NCBI RefSeq assembly: GCF_037447015.1
Contig: NZ_JBBIHK010000005.1
Coordinates: forward strand, 15,437-79,436
Reading direction: 5' to 3'
Origin: Nitrososphaera sp.
GTDB lineage: Archaea > Thermoproteota > Nitrososphaeria > Nitrososphaerales > Nitrososphaeraceae
Length of the DNA stretch: 64,000 bases
This document shows, piece by piece, positions 24,679 to 33,822 of this stretch. Made by a program: the position numbers and the translations under genes. The notes under the pieces are model-generated. The model had not been told where the DNA came from and ran no database searches. It worked only from the letters and a program-made list of their open reading frames with translations. Within the stretch, counting starts at the first letter, position 1. Each line of letters starts with the position of its first letter.

Positions 24679-25050
24679 ATGACATCCAAAATTGTTTCTG
24701 CAGACTATGATCTACCTTTCAAAGATGCTGTAACTATCATGGCCAAGAGTACGATAGGAAACCTTGTGATAAAAAATGGCGGAGGTAATGTAGTAGTAGG
24801 CTTGCTAACAGAACGCGAAATCTTGGCACATCTGTACAGGTACAAGAAAATTCCTGACCTTCAATGCAGGGCAATCAAACTCACGGGATTTACGAAAATA
24901 TCACCTGAAACAACCATAGAAGAAGCTGCGCGAAGAATGATCCTTTCAAAACATCGTCTGCTAGTTTATGACAATTTGGATCAAAAGGATGAAAGGGTGG
25001 CAGGCATTATTACAGCATCCGATCTTGTCAGAGCATTTTTTACTGCGTGA
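24679..25050 (+). CDS. CBS-pair domain protein
   Basis: 123 aa with two CBS motifs (IGNLVIKNGGGNVVVGLLTEREIL and KHRLLVYDNLDQKDERVAGIITASDLVRAF). Confidence 0.75.
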   Translation: MTSKIVSADYDLPFKDAVTIMAKSTIGNLVIKNGGGNVVVGLLTEREILAHLYRYKKIPDLQCRAIKLTGFTKISPETTIEEAARRMILSKHRLLVYDNLDQKDERVAGIITASDLVRAFFTA

Positions 25051-25075
25051 CAAAAACCCTGACTTGGATAAGGTA

Positions 25076-25440
25076 ATGTCAAAAAGGGTGGCCACCCTTC
25101 AAGATTGGGCATCAATAAACGACGCCGTCAGAGTATTGCACAGGAGAAGAATAGGTAGCGTGATAGTTACGACTTGGGATGGATTCTACCAAGGGATTTT
25201 CACTGAACGTGACCTCCTCAGCAAGGTCTTGGTGGAGGACAAGCTTCTGGACAAGAGGGTAGGAGAATATTGTTCGTGGTTCATGCTGACTGCGCAGAGT
25301 GGCATACGTGCGAGGGGTGCTGCAAAGCTAATGTTTGCGAATGACATAAAACGGTTACCTATCACAAGGATGGCAGAATTATTGGGATCGTCACAGCAAG
25401 GGATTTAGTTGAAGCGTATTCTTTGCCGGCTGCTCATTGA
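25076..25440 (+). pseudogene. CBS-pair gene with a 1-nt frameshift near the 3' end
   Basis: The frame from ATG 25076 gives RIGSVIVTTWDGFYQGIFTERDLL ... NDIKRLPIT, then derails into RMAELLGSSQQGI and a stop. The +1 frame from 25366 reads KDGRIIGIVTARDLVEAYSLPAAH with a stop at 25438-25440, which is the expected end of the second CBS motif. The shift is in ACAAGG at 25364-25369. Confidence 0.7.
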
Positions 25441-25562
25441 CATGCAGCTACTTGTTTTAGAGCAAATTGGCTTGCCAGTCTGCATCAAAATTGGCTTTGG
25501 AACGGGCTGCTCAGGCTCCAAGTTGCCATGTGTAGAAGAATTGAATCATATATCATCCTAGT

Positions 25563-26126
25563 TTACTTGATCCTTGAAACAGAGAATCTACTATATGATA
25601 GCAGGAATCCCATTCCGCCTGCCAATATTCCTGCTATCAATACCAATATTGCTATCGCAATGGGTTCCACAAAAGGTGCCATCAACGCATGTACCTGGGC
25701 AGGATCAAATCCCTTGCCGCCTACTGTTTCTGGCAATGCAGCTGCTCCTCCAAAATAACCTGCATACATCATTAACCCCGAGGCGGCTGACACTCCGGTG
25801 TTCATGAGAACTAGGTGCGACCACGCGAGCGATTTGGGAATCTTCGATCCAACATCGCTGCCACCCAGAAAGTGATAAAAAATGGCAGATACCGCGACAG
25901 CTATTACTCCTACTGTTATGTATATGATATAACCGAATGTGAACCAGGTGCCGGCTCCACCTGCAGCGATCACCCTAGACACCTCTGGCTTCATGAATGT
26001 TGCCTGTCCAAGAACTAGAACTGCAGTAAGTCCTACGATTATTGCCCCTTGGATTATGGCTGCAATTATGAACCTCTTTGCCCACAAGTTGGCTTGCTCC
26101 GCCATAGTTTTTCCTTCCATGTACAA
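25563..26126 (-). CDS. polytopic membrane protein, unknown function
   Basis: 187 aa with about 5 TM helices (IIAAIIQGAIIVGLTAVLVL, TFGYIIYITVGVIAVAVSAIF, and others). The start could be ATG at 26120 or 26105. Confidence 0.65.
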   Translation of the reverse strand: MYMEGKTMAEQANLWAKRFIIAAIIQGAIIVGLTAVLVLGQATFMKPEVSRVIAAGGAGTWFTFGYIIYITVGVIAVAVSAIFYHFLGGSDVGSKIPKSLAWSHLVLMNTGVSAASGLMMYAGYFGGAAALPETVGGKGFDPAQVHALMAPFVEPIAIAILVLIAGILAGGMGFLLSYSRFSVSRIK

Positions 26127-26129
26127 CCA

Positions 26130-26333
26130 TTAGTCGACTTCAGTTTTTATTATCCGGGTGTACTTTGCAATGCACTGAATTAGTCTGATGATATGCGATA
26201 ACGTCTTTTCCAGAGTCACTTCTCTGTACGGCACAGAACAGAATATGGAATCCAAGAAAGATGGATTCCTAGCTAAATGCATCTGACCAAATGGCACATC
26301 CTGATTCAATTTGTATTCTAAATTGCAGAGCAT
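26130..26333 (-). CDS. hypothetical small protein
   Basis: 67-aa ORF ending 3 nt before the next gene start. No motif, so support is weak. Confidence 0.3.
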   Translation of the reverse strand: MLCNLEYKLNQDVPFGQMHLARNPSFLDSIFCSVPYREVTLEKTLSHIIRLIQCIAKYTRIIKTEVD

Positions 26334-26512
26334 TGCAGAAAAATCGCACTAGTAAATAGGATCATGGCACCTTGGTGTTATGAAAAAGAAAGATTGCTTC
26401 GCCACGAAGCTCCCAAGATCGGCAGATAGAATATGAAAACCCGGAATGAATCTGAAGCTAGAAGGATAATGATTGGAATTTTGACAGTACTTGCGATTGC
26501 CATATAATTGCA

Positions 26513-26722
26513 GTGCTCATGTTTCTTGGAATACTTGCGGTAGCGATGTTGCTCTTTAATCCCTTGATATTTGTACTAATTGCTATCGTTATAGTACTCG
26601 CCTATTACATGAATAAAGAGCGAAAGAATTGGCATTCTCGTACACGCGCAAGCCAGAACAGATCATCATATTCTGCTGACCGCTCCTCTTCATATGCGCA
26701 ATACGCTTGCAGAGCAGATTAA
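26513..26722 (+). CDS. small membrane protein
   Basis: 69 aa. MLMFLGILAVAMLLFNPLIFVLIAIVIVLAYYM followed by a basic/Ser-rich tail. Confidence 0.4.
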   Translation: MLMFLGILAVAMLLFNPLIFVLIAIVIVLAYYMNKERKNWHSRTRASQNRSSYSADRSSSYAQYACRAD

Positions 26723-26816
26723 CAATAATCGTTACTTCTAGTAGCATGAGTATTTGTATGTCATACAAGAGGTATATATTGAGAATTGTAAAACAATAGC
26801 TGATCATGAGAACACG

Positions 26817-28235
26817 ATGACCCAACACATGAAGACCACTCCCTCATTTCCGCAGATATTTCCAGCAATGTTTGAGCTGTACGTCAATAGCATCAAGGTA
26901 AATCAGTTCTACGCAGACTTGTTCGCAAGGACATTCCGGCAAGCAGTAGATATTGTGTCGTCACAGCAAGAAAAAGCACAAGAGAAGGGTAATAATATTA
27001 GCCTGTACGAAGTCTGGCTTAAATTAACGGACGCCGAGCTTGAAAAGGATCTCCGGTCAGAACCGTTCCTGACCCTTATCTCCAACCTCACAAAAGCTGG
27101 TGTGAACCTGAGGAAGGATATGAGAGAAGCAGGATTCCCTGTCCTTTTTCTCGATTGGCTCTTTGATACGTACGTAAGAAGTTTTATGGTATTTGCCTCA
27201 ATACCAAAGGATTACGACTTTGCAGCATTTGACATAGTATGGGCCAAGGGCAAGACAAGGCTTCTCCACTATCGGGCGACACCTGCTGACCGCTATGACA
27301 AATCTACTAGCAGGCCCCCTTTGCTTGTGGTATATGCCCCGATAAACAAATTCCACATCATGGACATAAGCCCCGACAGGAGCGTGGTGAGGAATCTCAT
27401 GTCACACGGCATCGACGTATACTTGCTTGATTGGGGATTTCCTGATTGGTCGGACTCTGAAATGTCTCTGGGCGACTATGTCAGGCATATCGGGAGTGCG
27501 ATTGAAGCAATAAAGAAGGAGAGTGGTCATGAAAAAATATCGATATTGGGATATTGCTGGGGCGGAATAATCTCTCTGATATATTCTGCACTGAACGACA
27601 ACAAGAACGTAAAGAAGCTGATTCTGATGGCCCAGCCAGTTGACTTTAGCAAGGACAAGACAATCCTTGCAACGTGGGCAAGAGCTGTAGACGTGGACAA
27701 GATGATGGACGAATTTGGCCACATGGATGGTGCAGTGCTGGACATTGCTTTCCTGATGCGCAACCCTCCGCGATATACGTTTGACAAATATTTGAAATTC
27801 TTTCAGAAAGTTGGTGACGCAAAGTTCGTAAGCAACTTTTTTGCTGTAGAGAACTGGCTCCATGATACACCAATGCTTCCCGGCAGGATGTACAGCCAGA
27901 TCATCAATGACTGCTACAAGAACAATCTCCTTATCTCGGGAAACATGCAAGTCGATGTTGTTGGCGGTGATGGGAGTGAGGGGGTTGTTAATAGCGAAGC
28001 TGAAAAGAAGAAGATTGACCTCAAGAAGATAGAGATGCCAATACTGACTATTGTGGCAGAGCAAGACGATCTGGTATCGCCAGAATCGACTCTTGCTATT
28101 AACGAGCACGTGTCAAGCAGTGACAAAACTGTTCTTAAAATGCCGGGCGGCCACGTTGGTCTGTGCATCAGTTCTCATGCACACTCGAAGCTGTGGCCAG
28201 AAGTGGCAAAGTGGATACTGCATTCAAATACATAG
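26817..28235 (+). CDS. phaC: poly(3-hydroxyalkanoate) synthase, class III PhaC-like, with N-terminal extension
   Basis: Lipase-box variant ISILGYCWGGIISL (G-x-C-x-G), alpha/beta-hydrolase core and C-terminal GGHVGL, similar to class III PhaC as I remember Allochromatium PhaC. The region before the conserved core is roughly 90-100 aa longer. Confidence 0.85.
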   Translation: MTQHMKTTPSFPQIFPAMFELYVNSIKVNQFYADLFARTFRQAVDIVSSQQEKAQEKGNNISLYEVWLKLTDAELEKDLRSEPFLTLISNLTKAGVNLRKDMREAGFPVLFLDWLFDTYVRSFMVFASIPKDYDFAAFDIVWAKGKTRLLHYRATPADRYDKSTSRPPLLVVYAPINKFHIMDISPDRSVVRNLMSHGIDVYLLDWGFPDWSDSEMSLGDYVRHIGSAIEAIKKESGHEKISILGYCWGGIISLIYSALNDNKNVKKLILMAQPVDFSKDKTILATWARAVDVDKMMDEFGHMDGAVLDIAFLMRNPPRYTFDKYLKFFQKVGDAKFVSNFFAVENWLHDTPMLPGRMYSQIINDCYKNNLLISGNMQVDVVGGDGSEGVVNSEAEKKKIDLKKIEMPILTIVAEQDDLVSPESTLAINEHVSSSDKTVLKMPGGHVGLCISSHAHSKLWPEVAKWILHSNT

Positions 28236-28564
28236 CAATAGATGCGCACATTGTAGCTCCTTTACTGCAGAAGGAAGATGTAGGAGGTGGAGAGAAGGGT
28301 GTATTGTTATCTTTTGACATTCTTGTATACGCCAAGGACATGCACGCATTGGGGTAATGCAATGTACCTGTGTGCTCAATGTATTTTTGGATGCTCCCTT
28401 GTCGACCATCCCGACGACACTTCTAGAACATAAATTGGCACATGCATCAAAAAATCGCTTTTGGTCAGTCCACGCATACTTACCTAGTTAGTACGGCGTT
28501 ACTACCGGGTTTATCTTCTTCGTATGTTTTTCTTTCCATAACCCAAGAGAAGGTAGAAGACAAC

Positions 28565-28765
28565 ATGGCAAGACTAGTAAAAAAAGAGGACAAAGGACCG
28601 CTGGCAGTCAAGGTAGGTAACGAGACAAAATGGGTCTGCATGTGCGGGCTTTCTGCAAATCAGCCCTTCTGTGATGGCTCGCATAAGAAGACTCTTGACG
28701 AACAGGAAGGCAAGGTATACATCTACAACAAGGACGGTACGAGGACAGAAGCCAAGGTGGAGTAG
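28565..28765 (+). CDS. CDGSH iron-sulfur domain protein
   Basis: 66 aa. CMCGLSANQPFCDGSH matches the C-x-C-x2-S-x3-P-x-CDGSH signature. ATG at 28565 is preferred over the track start at 28442. Confidence 0.85.
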   Translation: MARLVKKEDKGPLAVKVGNETKWVCMCGLSANQPFCDGSHKKTLDEQEGKVYIYNKDGTRTEAKVE

Positions 28766-29125
28766 TTTTGGTTCCAAAAGGTCAGGCGGTATATATCCTG
28801 AACAGACGTGCGAGGAAAGGCAGAAAGGATCATTCATTTACCAAACTTACTTGCAAGTCTGAGCGCAAGCCACCTTCGGATTATACCGAGAAAAATTATG
28901 AAATGAAGTGATATAAGTCAGTGACATCAAAGAAGCCTCGACATATTTCCAATCATGACGGTCTTTTTATTTTAATTTGATGATTTTGATGAAACTATCG
29001 ATAACGATGTCACTTCTTATTGACATATTGTATTTGGGTTGCGTATGAAAGATACATTTGCAAGGCCCTCCCACACAATGCAACGGAGCGCAGAATGAGT
29101 GACGATGGTGAGGTGCCTGCGAGCG

Positions 29126-29180
29126 ATAACGGACGTAAACGGACGTCAAGTCTTCACCCAACATACACGTATAACGGACG
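29126..29180 (+). repeat. three copies of AACGGACG (two as ATAACGGACG) within 55 nt
   Basis: ATAACGGACGT at 29126-29136, AAACGGACGT at 29137-29146 and ATAACGGACG at 29171-29180. These iteron-like sites sit in a non-coding gap 45 nt from the direct repeat at 29224. Confidence 0.6.
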
Positions 29181-29223
29181 GAACCGCCCGCAGGCAGGTA
29201 TTGTAATATCAAATAGAGTATTT

Positions 29224-29239
29224 TAATTTTGCAGTCAGC
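29224..29239 (+). repeat. 16-nt direct repeat, inner copy (TAATTTTGCAGTCAGC)
   Basis: Identical to 29397-29412. It is followed by an 8-bp stem hairpin, AGACGACC (29242-29249) pairing with GGTCGTCT (29262-29269). Confidence 0.75.
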
Positions 29240-29393
29240 AAAGACGACCAGCTATTGATGCGGTCGTCTGAAGACCTAGAACATTTGGATGATATATCCT
29301 TGCTACACAAGCATAGTTTCTGCTGTTGTTGCATATAATATTGCACCCGGTCTGTCCGCAACTTCTTGTGCAACAAAATCGAAAGATAATTAA

Positions 29394-30005
29394 TTATAAT
29401 TTTGCAGTCAGCGCCTTGACGCCTTCACAGGCTGCACTTTTGCCGCCCGTGGCCTTGCACAAAAGGGCAGTGATGTTGTCTATCTCGGCGTTCATGGCCT
29501 TGCCTATGGCAGAGTTTGGGTTGCCAAGCTCTTTCAGCACGTCGGCGTGCGACTTTTCCTGTATCAGCTCGGGGCTGAACCCTGCGCCCACCTGCATGTA
29601 CTGGCCGTCTATCAGGAGAAAAGGGATCATCTGGTCGGGGTTGTACATGTCCAGTATCTCGTAATCCTTGTCGTCCAGCTCTTGCAGCGGCTCAAAGTTG
29701 CGGTCTGCAGTCTCTTTGCCCATGAACTCGACGGTATCGCTCTCGAACCTGGCACGTGCCAGGTTGAACGTCGGGACGTTGAGGTACTTTTCGTCGTGGC
29801 CGGCGCTCTTGTCCTCCACCAGGCCGTCCCACTTGCCAAACCGCTCCAATGCTTTCACGATTGCCCACCGCTCGGCCGCGCAGAACGGGCAGAACCCTGC
29901 GCCCATGAAATACACGAGAGACTTGCCGCCGGGCCTCTTTAACGGTTGATCGGTAACGTGCATGAACTTGCCAAGGACCCTTTTTGGAACGAAATTGCTG
30001 CTCAC
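29394..30005 (-). CDS. DUF929-like thioredoxin-fold protein (CPFC motif)
   Basis: 203 aa. VYFMGAGFCPFCAAERWAIVKAL has the CxxC in a thioredoxin-like context. It is GC-rich like the core genome. Confidence 0.75.
   Translation of the reverse strand: MSSNFVPKRVLGKFMHVTDQPLKRPGGKSLVYFMGAGFCPFCAAERWAIVKALERFGKWDGLVEDKSAGHDEKYLNVPTFNLARARFESDTVEFMGKETADRNFEPLQELDDKDYEILDMYNPDQMIPFLLIDGQYMQVGAGFSPELIQEKSHADVLKELGNPNSAIGKAMNAEIDNITALLCKATGGKSAACEGVKALTAKL
29397..29412 (+). repeat. 16-nt direct repeat, outer copy (last five codons of the gene at 29394-30005)
   Basis: TAATTTTGCAGTCAGC lies immediately next to the stop codon (29394-29396) of the minus-strand DUF929-like gene. Confidence 0.75.
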
Positions 30006-30164
30006 GTCCGGCAGAGGGTGCGGATTTTTATTAAATGTTTTTAGTGGTAATACTAAAGAAACATTCTACTACGATATTGCCAATTAACCCACCATTTTCG
30101 CCAATAGAGGAATCTAGCAGAAGAATCTTATGCTTTAAAAACACCGTGAAGCATATGGAAGATA

Positions 30165-30881
30165 ATGTCTAGGAAGATTTTGATAGGCATTGCAGGCATC
30201 ATTATCGCGGTTTCTTCTCTAACAGCAATATTACTTTGGGCTGCAGAAGAATATTCTGCCAGAGACGTTCGTATGACCACAGGAGAAACTATAACGTTAC
30301 AAGGAAAGCTTTACCCCTCTGACATGGAATTTGACGGTTCCGGCAATCTGTGGGTCGCAAATGGAACAAGAAAATCCCTGCTCATGTACGAGCCCAGGTA
30401 CAAAGGTCAGGATGTCACTTTCGATTTTTCCAGACCGCTGGTAGAATTTAGTGCGAGCAGACCTAATCATGATCGTATGCTCAGCGCAGTCACCATAGAA
30501 TTTGATCGTGTCGGCAATCTGTGGGCTGCCGATTCTGGCATAGGTGTAATTCAGATGTTCTCAGATGGCGACCACGACCCTCTTACATCAAGGTTTTCAA
30601 ATGCTCAGAGTCCCTTGTTGACGTTGAACGCCACTGTCACTTTAGATGATGTCTCAAGAGTTCCCTATGACGCAAAGATAACGGACAAAGGATCGTACTG
30701 GCCGATCTCCGTTGCGATAGACCCCAGAGGGAATCTCTGGGCAGATGACCTCTACGGGAGGCGCATACTCATGTTCTCTGACGGGGATGGCGACCCTTCC
30801 ACGACAAATTTTGTGAGCGGGCAAAACGCTACCAGCGTCTACATAGTTTCACAGCCCCAATTAATTTGGGAATCCGGCTAG
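30165..30881 (+). CDS. membrane-anchored beta-propeller (NHL-like) repeat protein
   Basis: N-terminal anchor ILIGIAGIIIAVSSLTAILLW. Repeated (S/V/R)GNLW(V/A)A(N/D) blades: GSGNLWVANG, VGNLWAADSG, RGNLWADDLYG. Confidence 0.7.
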   Translation: MSRKILIGIAGIIIAVSSLTAILLWAAEEYSARDVRMTTGETITLQGKLYPSDMEFDGSGNLWVANGTRKSLLMYEPRYKGQDVTFDFSRPLVEFSASRPNHDRMLSAVTIEFDRVGNLWAADSGIGVIQMFSDGDHDPLTSRFSNAQSPLLTLNATVTLDDVSRVPYDAKITDKGSYWPISVAIDPRGNLWADDLYGRRILMFSDGDGDPSTTNFVSGQNATSVYIVSQPQLIWESG

Positions 30882-31147
30882 CCAAGCTCTGCGGTTTTCT
30901 ATTCCCGCCGCACTTTGCCGCGCATACAATGGAAGAGATATAAAAGAACAATTGTTTTGGCAGTTTTCCACTGGAAACACGCGCTCGCGGTCCACAACAA
31001 GAGAGGCAGTAGGGAGGAAATACGCTGCTGCCACACGCATCCACAAATCCGCTCCACGGTAGCAACATTACCACAATAATCCTGTTCTAGTGGCATACTC
31101 GTAAAGATACATTAACCCCCTGACGTTTTACCGGACTGTCAAAAAAG

Positions 31148-32356
31148 TTGGCCTCCTCTCTCAGGACGTTATCCGACATCGAAGACGCAAGGTTTGACGG
31201 CAGGCGCGTTCTTGTGCGGGTCGATTTCAACGTGAGCATAAGCAACGGGTCGGTAGGCGAGGACTATCGCATCCGCATGGCCATACCCACGATAGAGTAC
31301 CTGGCAAAGAGGGGCGCCAAGGTGATACTTGCGTCGCACCTTGGCCGGCCGGAAGGCTTTGATTCCGATTACACGCTTGCGCCGGTTGCAAAGCGCCTGT
31401 CCGAGATCGTGGACAGAAAGATGGCGGTGCGGTTTGCCTCAGACTGCGTCGGGCCGGCGGTGGCAAACGAGGTGAGCCAGATGAACAGGGGCGACATCCT
31501 GCTTTTGGAGAACCTGCGCTTCCACAAGGAGGAGGAGGCAAACGACGCCGAGTTTTGCAAGCAGCTTGCCGCGATAGCGGACATTTACGTCAACGACGCG
31601 TTCTCTACCTCGCACAGAAAGCACGCCTCGACCTACGGGGCCGCCAGACTGTTTGACACCCGGCTTGCCGGCTTTAACCTGAAAAAAGAGGTCGAGTATC
31701 TGTCGATGATGCGCGAGAACCCGCCCAAGCCGTTCAAGGTGGTCGTCGGCGGGGTAAAGATAAAGGACAAGATAGGCGCGCTTGAGCACCTTTTGCCAAA
31801 GGCAGACAAGGTGATAATCGGAGGCGCCGCTGCGTATACTTTCTTGAAGGCCAAGGGGGTCAAGACTGGCAAGTCGCTCATCGACCACGAGCACCTGCCG
31901 TGGGTCACAAAGGCCCTGACCGCCTTTGGCGACAAGATAATGCTCCCCACGGACCATGTGGCGGCGGTGTCGCCGGCAGACACTTCGATAAGCATGGTCA
32001 AGGGCGACATACCGGACGGCATGGCCGGCTTTGACATTGGGAGCGAGACGATAGAGCGTTATTCAGCAGAGGTCGCAGGCACGAACGGCAGCGGCATGAT
32101 ATTCTGGAACGGGCCGATGGGCATGTTCGAGGTCAGGGCGTTTGCAAACGGCACGGTCAACATAGCCAAGAGCATGGCCCTTGCCTACTGGCGCGGGGCC
32201 AAGACCCTCATAGGCGGAGGCGACACGCTGGAGGCGATGAAAAAGTCGGGCGTGAATGAGAACGAGGTCAGCCACGTGTCGACCGGCGGAGGGGCGACCC
32301 TGCGCTACCTGGCAGGCGACGAGATGCCCGGCGTGTCGGTGCTCAACGGCGCCTAA
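31148..32356 (+). CDS. pgk: phosphoglycerate kinase
   Basis: 402 aa. RVLVRVDFNV, ILASHLGRP, DAFSTSHRKHAST, WNGPMGMFE and STGGGATL are canonical PGK motifs. TTG start. Confidence 0.95.
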   Translation: MASSLRTLSDIEDARFDGRRVLVRVDFNVSISNGSVGEDYRIRMAIPTIEYLAKRGAKVILASHLGRPEGFDSDYTLAPVAKRLSEIVDRKMAVRFASDCVGPAVANEVSQMNRGDILLLENLRFHKEEEANDAEFCKQLAAIADIYVNDAFSTSHRKHASTYGAARLFDTRLAGFNLKKEVEYLSMMRENPPKPFKVVVGGVKIKDKIGALEHLLPKADKVIIGGAAAYTFLKAKGVKTGKSLIDHEHLPWVTKALTAFGDKIMLPTDHVAAVSPADTSISMVKGDIPDGMAGFDIGSETIERYSAEVAGTNGSGMIFWNGPMGMFEVRAFANGTVNIAKSMALAYWRGAKTLIGGGDTLEAMKKSGVNENEVSHVSTGGGATLRYLAGDEMPGVSVLNGA

Positions 32357-32359
32357 TGA

Positions 32360-32521
32360 TCAGTCGCCCAAAAGCCGCGTCCTCATTTTCAGCAGTATGA
32401 TGGCAAGCATCAGGGCAGCCCCCGCAGCGGCCACGTACTGGCCGCTGCCTTCAGGCGCAGAGAAATAGTAGGCGGCGCCGGCCAGCACGACGACGAGGGG
32501 CACGAGTATGAAAGGGTGCAT
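32360..32521 (-). CDS. small membrane protein
   Basis: MHPFILVPLVVVLAGAAYYFSAPEGSGQYVAAAGAALMLAIILLKMRTRLLGD has two hydrophobic helices. The upstream part of the track ORF (to 32650) overlaps the dinB promoter region and was trimmed. Confidence 0.4.
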   Translation of the reverse strand: MHPFILVPLVVVLAGAAYYFSAPEGSGQYVAAAGAALMLAIILLKMRTRLLGD

Positions 32522-32727
32522 CGCGTTATAGAAGATGCCTTTGAGGATTGCGCCAAGAGGCGGCCTCACCGTGCCATCGCCATGTACATACGCTTCCAAA
32601 AATGGTCCATCCCCTCCCCCTAATAACGTTGTACGGGGAGGCAGCCTCATCAGGTTTTAATTACTTGCAGCCACAACATCTGCCGTTGGTGGCCGCAGGC
32701 AGCGCGGTGGCAGGAGGAACGGCGGCG

Positions 32728-33822
32728 ATGGTGGTCATGCACGTGGATTTTGACTACTTTTTCGCCCAGTGCGAGGAGCTGCGCCGGCCGGAGATAAAGG
32801 ACCGGCCCGTGGTCGTGTGCGTCTTTTCAGGCAGGACCGGGGACTCGGGCGTCGTGAGCACGGCCAACTATGTCGCAAGGAGGTACGGGGTAAAGTCGGG
32901 CATGCCCATCAGGGTTGCAAAGGCCAGGCTTGCAGGCGTCCCAGAAGCGCTCCTGCTGCCCCTCGACGCCCCATATTACAGGCAGGTGTCGGAAAAGGCG
33001 ATGGCCGCCATCAAAAATTACACCGACGTTTTCGAGTACGTCGGCATCGACGAGTGCTACCTGGACGCGTCGGCAAGGACAGGAAACGATTTTGACGTTG
33101 CCAGCAGCCTTGCACAAGAGATCAAGGGCGCAGTCAGGGCGCAGGCAGGGATCAGCTGCTCGATAGGCGTCGCCCCAAACAAGATGCTTGCCAAGGTCGC
33201 CTCGGACATGCACAAGCCTGACGGGCTCACGGTGACAAGGCCGCAGGACGCCGCGGCCTTTATGGCGGCGCTTGAAGTGGACAGGATACCGGGCATCGGC
33301 CCCAAGACGCGTGGCAGGCTTGCCGAGCTTGGCATAAGGACTGCCGGCGACCTTGCGTCATTCGACCTCTTCAGGCTCATAGAGGAGTTTGGCAGGAAAA
33401 ACGGAACCTACATGCACAACGCTGCAAGGGGCATCGACGACGAGCCTGTCGCAGAGTCAGGAGCCGGCGAGCACAGGCAGCAGCTGATGCGCATAGTCAC
33501 GTTGAAAAAGGACGCGGCGGCAAGCGCCGAGATGTACGGCGAGCTGGAACAGGTCTGCAGGTCCGTCCATGAAAGCGCAAAAGCAAAGGGCCTTGCGTTC
33601 CGCACGGTCGGCATAATCCTGATACTGAAAGACCTTGAAAGCGTCACCCGGTCAAGGACTCTAAAGTCGCATACTGCCAGCTACGACCAGCTGCATCTGA
33701 CGGCAAGGGCCATCCTGGACGGAGCAATGGCAGAGGGAAAAAGGGAGGTGCGCCGGCTGGGCGTCAGGATATCGGACTTTCAGGACAGCACCGGCCAGGG
33801 CACCCTGTCAGACTTTTTATGA
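32728..33822 (+). CDS. dinB: Y-family DNA polymerase IV (Dpo4/DinB)
   Basis: MVVMHVDFDYFFAQCEELRRPEIKDRPVVVCV, GIDECYLD and SIGVAPNKMLAKVASD are typical Y-family motifs. ATG at 32728 was chosen. Confidence 0.9.
   Translation: MVVMHVDFDYFFAQCEELRRPEIKDRPVVVCVFSGRTGDSGVVSTANYVARRYGVKSGMPIRVAKARLAGVPEALLLPLDAPYYRQVSEKAMAAIKNYTDVFEYVGIDECYLDASARTGNDFDVASSLAQEIKGAVRAQAGISCSIGVAPNKMLAKVASDMHKPDGLTVTRPQDAAAFMAALEVDRIPGIGPKTRGRLAELGIRTAGDLASFDLFRLIEEFGRKNGTYMHNAARGIDDEPVAESGAGEHRQQLMRIVTLKKDAAASAEMYGELEQVCRSVHESAKAKGLAFRTVGIILILKDLESVTRSRTLKSHTASYDQLHLTARAILDGAMAEGKREVRRLGVRISDFQDSTGQGTLSDFL

Larger units (their letters stand above)
16453..29412. mobile_element. putative integrated element / genomic island (boundaries uncertain)
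   Basis: The sequence becomes visibly A+T-richer immediately after birA. The first gene is a tyrosine recombinase, and the block contains frameshifted genes. The right edge carries a 16-nt direct repeat that duplicates the 3' end of the GC-rich gene at 29394-30005. No matching repeat was found at the left edge. Confidence 0.35.

Noticed and set aside
28340-28349. ATGCACGCAT (ATGC-N2-GCAT) as a third copy of the sHsp operator. Similar ATGCA-rich strings occur at 16449-16462 and 57195-57207.
   Set aside because: The spacing differs (N2 rather than N3) and the site is more than 200 nt from the next start codon. The other strings are not the same palindrome, so there is too little to claim a regulon.
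28977-28995. Doublet TTGATGATTTTGATGA considered as C/C' boxes of a C/D box sRNA
   Set aside because: No CTGA D or D' boxes are present at the required spacing on either strand.
28967-29226. 81-aa (minus) and 68-aa (plus) ORFs in the gap 28766-29393
   Set aside because: They overlap each other and have no motifs. They also span the iteron and direct-repeat region, which looks like att-type non-coding DNA.
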